Under the pieces are notes generated by a model. That model worked only from the letters and a program-made list of their open reading frames with translations, did not search any database and was not told the DNA's origin. 64,000 nucleotides of DNA from the human T2T-CHM13v2.0 reference genome, Homo sapiens: NCBI RefSeq assembly GCF_009914755.1, contig NC_060929.1; one strand, given 5' to 3'. The position numbers and the translations under genes were made by a program. Each line of letters starts with the position of its first letter. Position 1 is the first letter of the stretch. Of the stretch, positions 61,341-64,000 are shown piece by piece.

Positions 61341-62957
61341 TAGTATGTGTGTTTTAAAATTTCAATAACATTTTGTCATTTGTGTAAGTTCATGTATCTA
61401 CAACCACAGCCAAGATACTGAACAGTTCCAAAACCACAAGGATCCCTCCTGTTACCCTTTTATAGTCAGAGCCATCTCCCTTCCCCCAGTGTGGTGTCTA
61501 ACCTTTGGCAACCACTAATCTGCCACTGTCTTCCGTATCTATAAATTTTTCGTTTAAAAATATTATATATATGGAATTATACAGACTGTAACCTTTAGGA
61601 TTGGCTTTTATCGCTCAGCATAATTTCCTGAAGTTTCATCCATGTTCTCGTATGTATCAATAGTTTGCTCCCTTTTATTGATATGTAGTATACATTGCTC
61701 TGGTTTCTGTATTATCTATAATACTGAAGTTTAACCATTAACCTGTTGAAAGACATTTGGGCTGATTCTAATTTTTGGCTATTACAAATAAGACTGCTAT
61801 GAACAATCATGTACAGGTTTTTGTGTGAACACATTTTATTTCTCCAAGGAGAAAATGCCCTTTTGCACAGTTGCTGGTGGCAGTTGCATGTTCGGTTTTA
61901 AGAAACTGCTAAACTGCTTTCCAGAGTGGCTTTATTGTTTTGCATCTCTACCAGCAAAAAAAACAGTTTTTCCATATCTGCTATAGCATTTGGTGATGGC
62001 ACTTTTTTTGTGTGTTAGCCATTTTGAATGGTATGCATTGATATCTCATTGTGATTTTAATTTCCATTTCCCCAATGGCTAATGATGTTGAAAATATTCA
62101 TTTGCCATCTGTATATCCTTTTTAGTGAAATGTCTGTTCATGTCTTTTGTCAATTTTCTAATTGCATTGCTTGAGAGTTCTTTATATATTTTGCATACTA
62201 GCCCTTTGATGGATATGTGGTTTGCAAATATTTTCTCCCACTCTGGAGCATGTCTTTTCATCCTCCTTACATGGGCTTTCACAGAGCGAAATTTTGATGT
62301 CTGGCATGGTTTAAAAGAAGCATTCTTAGCCTTTTTTTTTCAGGTCTAACGGGCCCTTGAGAATCCGATGAAAACTGTAGAATCTTGACAGAAAAATATA
62401 CATGCACAGAATAATTTGCATCTAATTTCATGGAATTCATGGCCTCTATAAAGTTTGTTGATGGACCATATGTTATGAACTCATGGCTTAATTAATGTTG
62501 CATTAATTTCCAGCAATCCCACATAAGACTCTAGGGAGAGTTACCCTCCCTCATCAAAGTAAAAAGTGGGAAACCCTGTAGCTTACAAAAATAAGAGCAA
62601 GTTTCTCAGCCAGGCTTTATCTAGGACCTGACCCAAGTGTTCCTTTCACAGTAATACATTCCTTTACTTCTCTGGGAGACATTGCCAGATTGCTACCTTA
62701 AACGTTGATAGATTGAAGAGCTACTCCACAAGAAGCAATCTTTTCATACTGAACTCAGACTTTTAGGTATCAGCAAATGAATGAACTTTTGGGCTTTTGT
62801 ACCCGCCAGTTCAGTTTTAGCAGCATGACTCTTGTCTATGTGATTTATTACTTTTCTTGCTCTACCTTTATAAAAATGAGGGGAAAATAAATAGAAATGA
62901 GATATTGATGAAGAAGCAAGGATCTGATAAATTTGATATGATCACATGCAGTTGTGA

Positions 62958-63324
<367 letters not shown>

Positions 63325-64000
63325 AACTTGATAATATATTTCATTGTGAGGGGAGGGCAAAAGTAAAGCACATGTAGGAAAAGCTAGAATATATGTTGTT
63401 GAAAATTCTGGCTAAAAGGAAATGTGTAATTAAGAGTGTTATTGCTGGGTCTCTGGCAAAAGGACTCCTGGCCCCTATAAGTCTATTCATTTTTGTCACA
63501 AATGTAGTATGTGTGTTTTAAGGATGGATTATGTATAAACATAGGAGGCTGATGACGTTTGCTCTCTCTGGTTCATAAACCTATTGCTTCAACCCCTCAA
63601 ACTCCTTTGTGTTTCCTAAAGATAGCATGTCCTTATCTGTCTTCATACTGAACTCCGACTTTCCATTTACAGAACTTCTTTATCTGTTTATGCTTGCCTG
63701 ACATTACCATGTTCTGCCAGTCCAGTGGTCTTCCTCCTTGCATCCTCTAGCTTCTCATGGATGTAGATCATATTATCCCAACTAGATTCTGAGCTCATCA
63801 ATGATACAGTCAGCATTCTATATATTTTAATATCCTTCCCTAGATGGCCTGCATAGTGCTTTGCACATAGTAAGTGACAGTACATTGGGTTTTGGACATG
63901 AAAGACATACTTTAGAAATTTATTGCTAATGAGGAAATTGATACCTTGGTAGGTCGTATCTTGCCCATGATGCTTGAGTGATGATTGAGCTTTGCGTTGA

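Overview
This is primate (most likely human) genomic DNA, with no protein-coding exon I can support. It is dominated by interspersed repeats: about 20 Alu/FLAM copies, old L1M/L2/MIR fragments, MaLR LTRs including a near-complete MST-type provirus, a near full-length Tigger1, and several hAT/Tigger MITEs. A CpG island at ~17.0-18.1 kb looks like the promoter and non-coding first exon of a + strand gene, with a donor CAG|GTAAAT at 17666/17667. A candidate 75-nt second exon lies at 31313-31387, and the rest appears to be intron of that gene, which I cannot name. Most ORFs in the supplied track are Alu-, transposon- or GC-derived noise; only the Tigger1 transposase remnants are recognisable. The most notable observations are a perfect 3 x 107-bp tandem repeat (35272-35592), three other ~90-130-bp local duplications, a 5'UTR-type exon with six AUGs, a possible divergent antisense spliced unit upstream of the CpG island, and a readable nested-insertion history around the MST provirus. 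I see no convincing evidence of a wholly new biological system. Repeat subfamily names come from recall of consensus sequences, not a database search.
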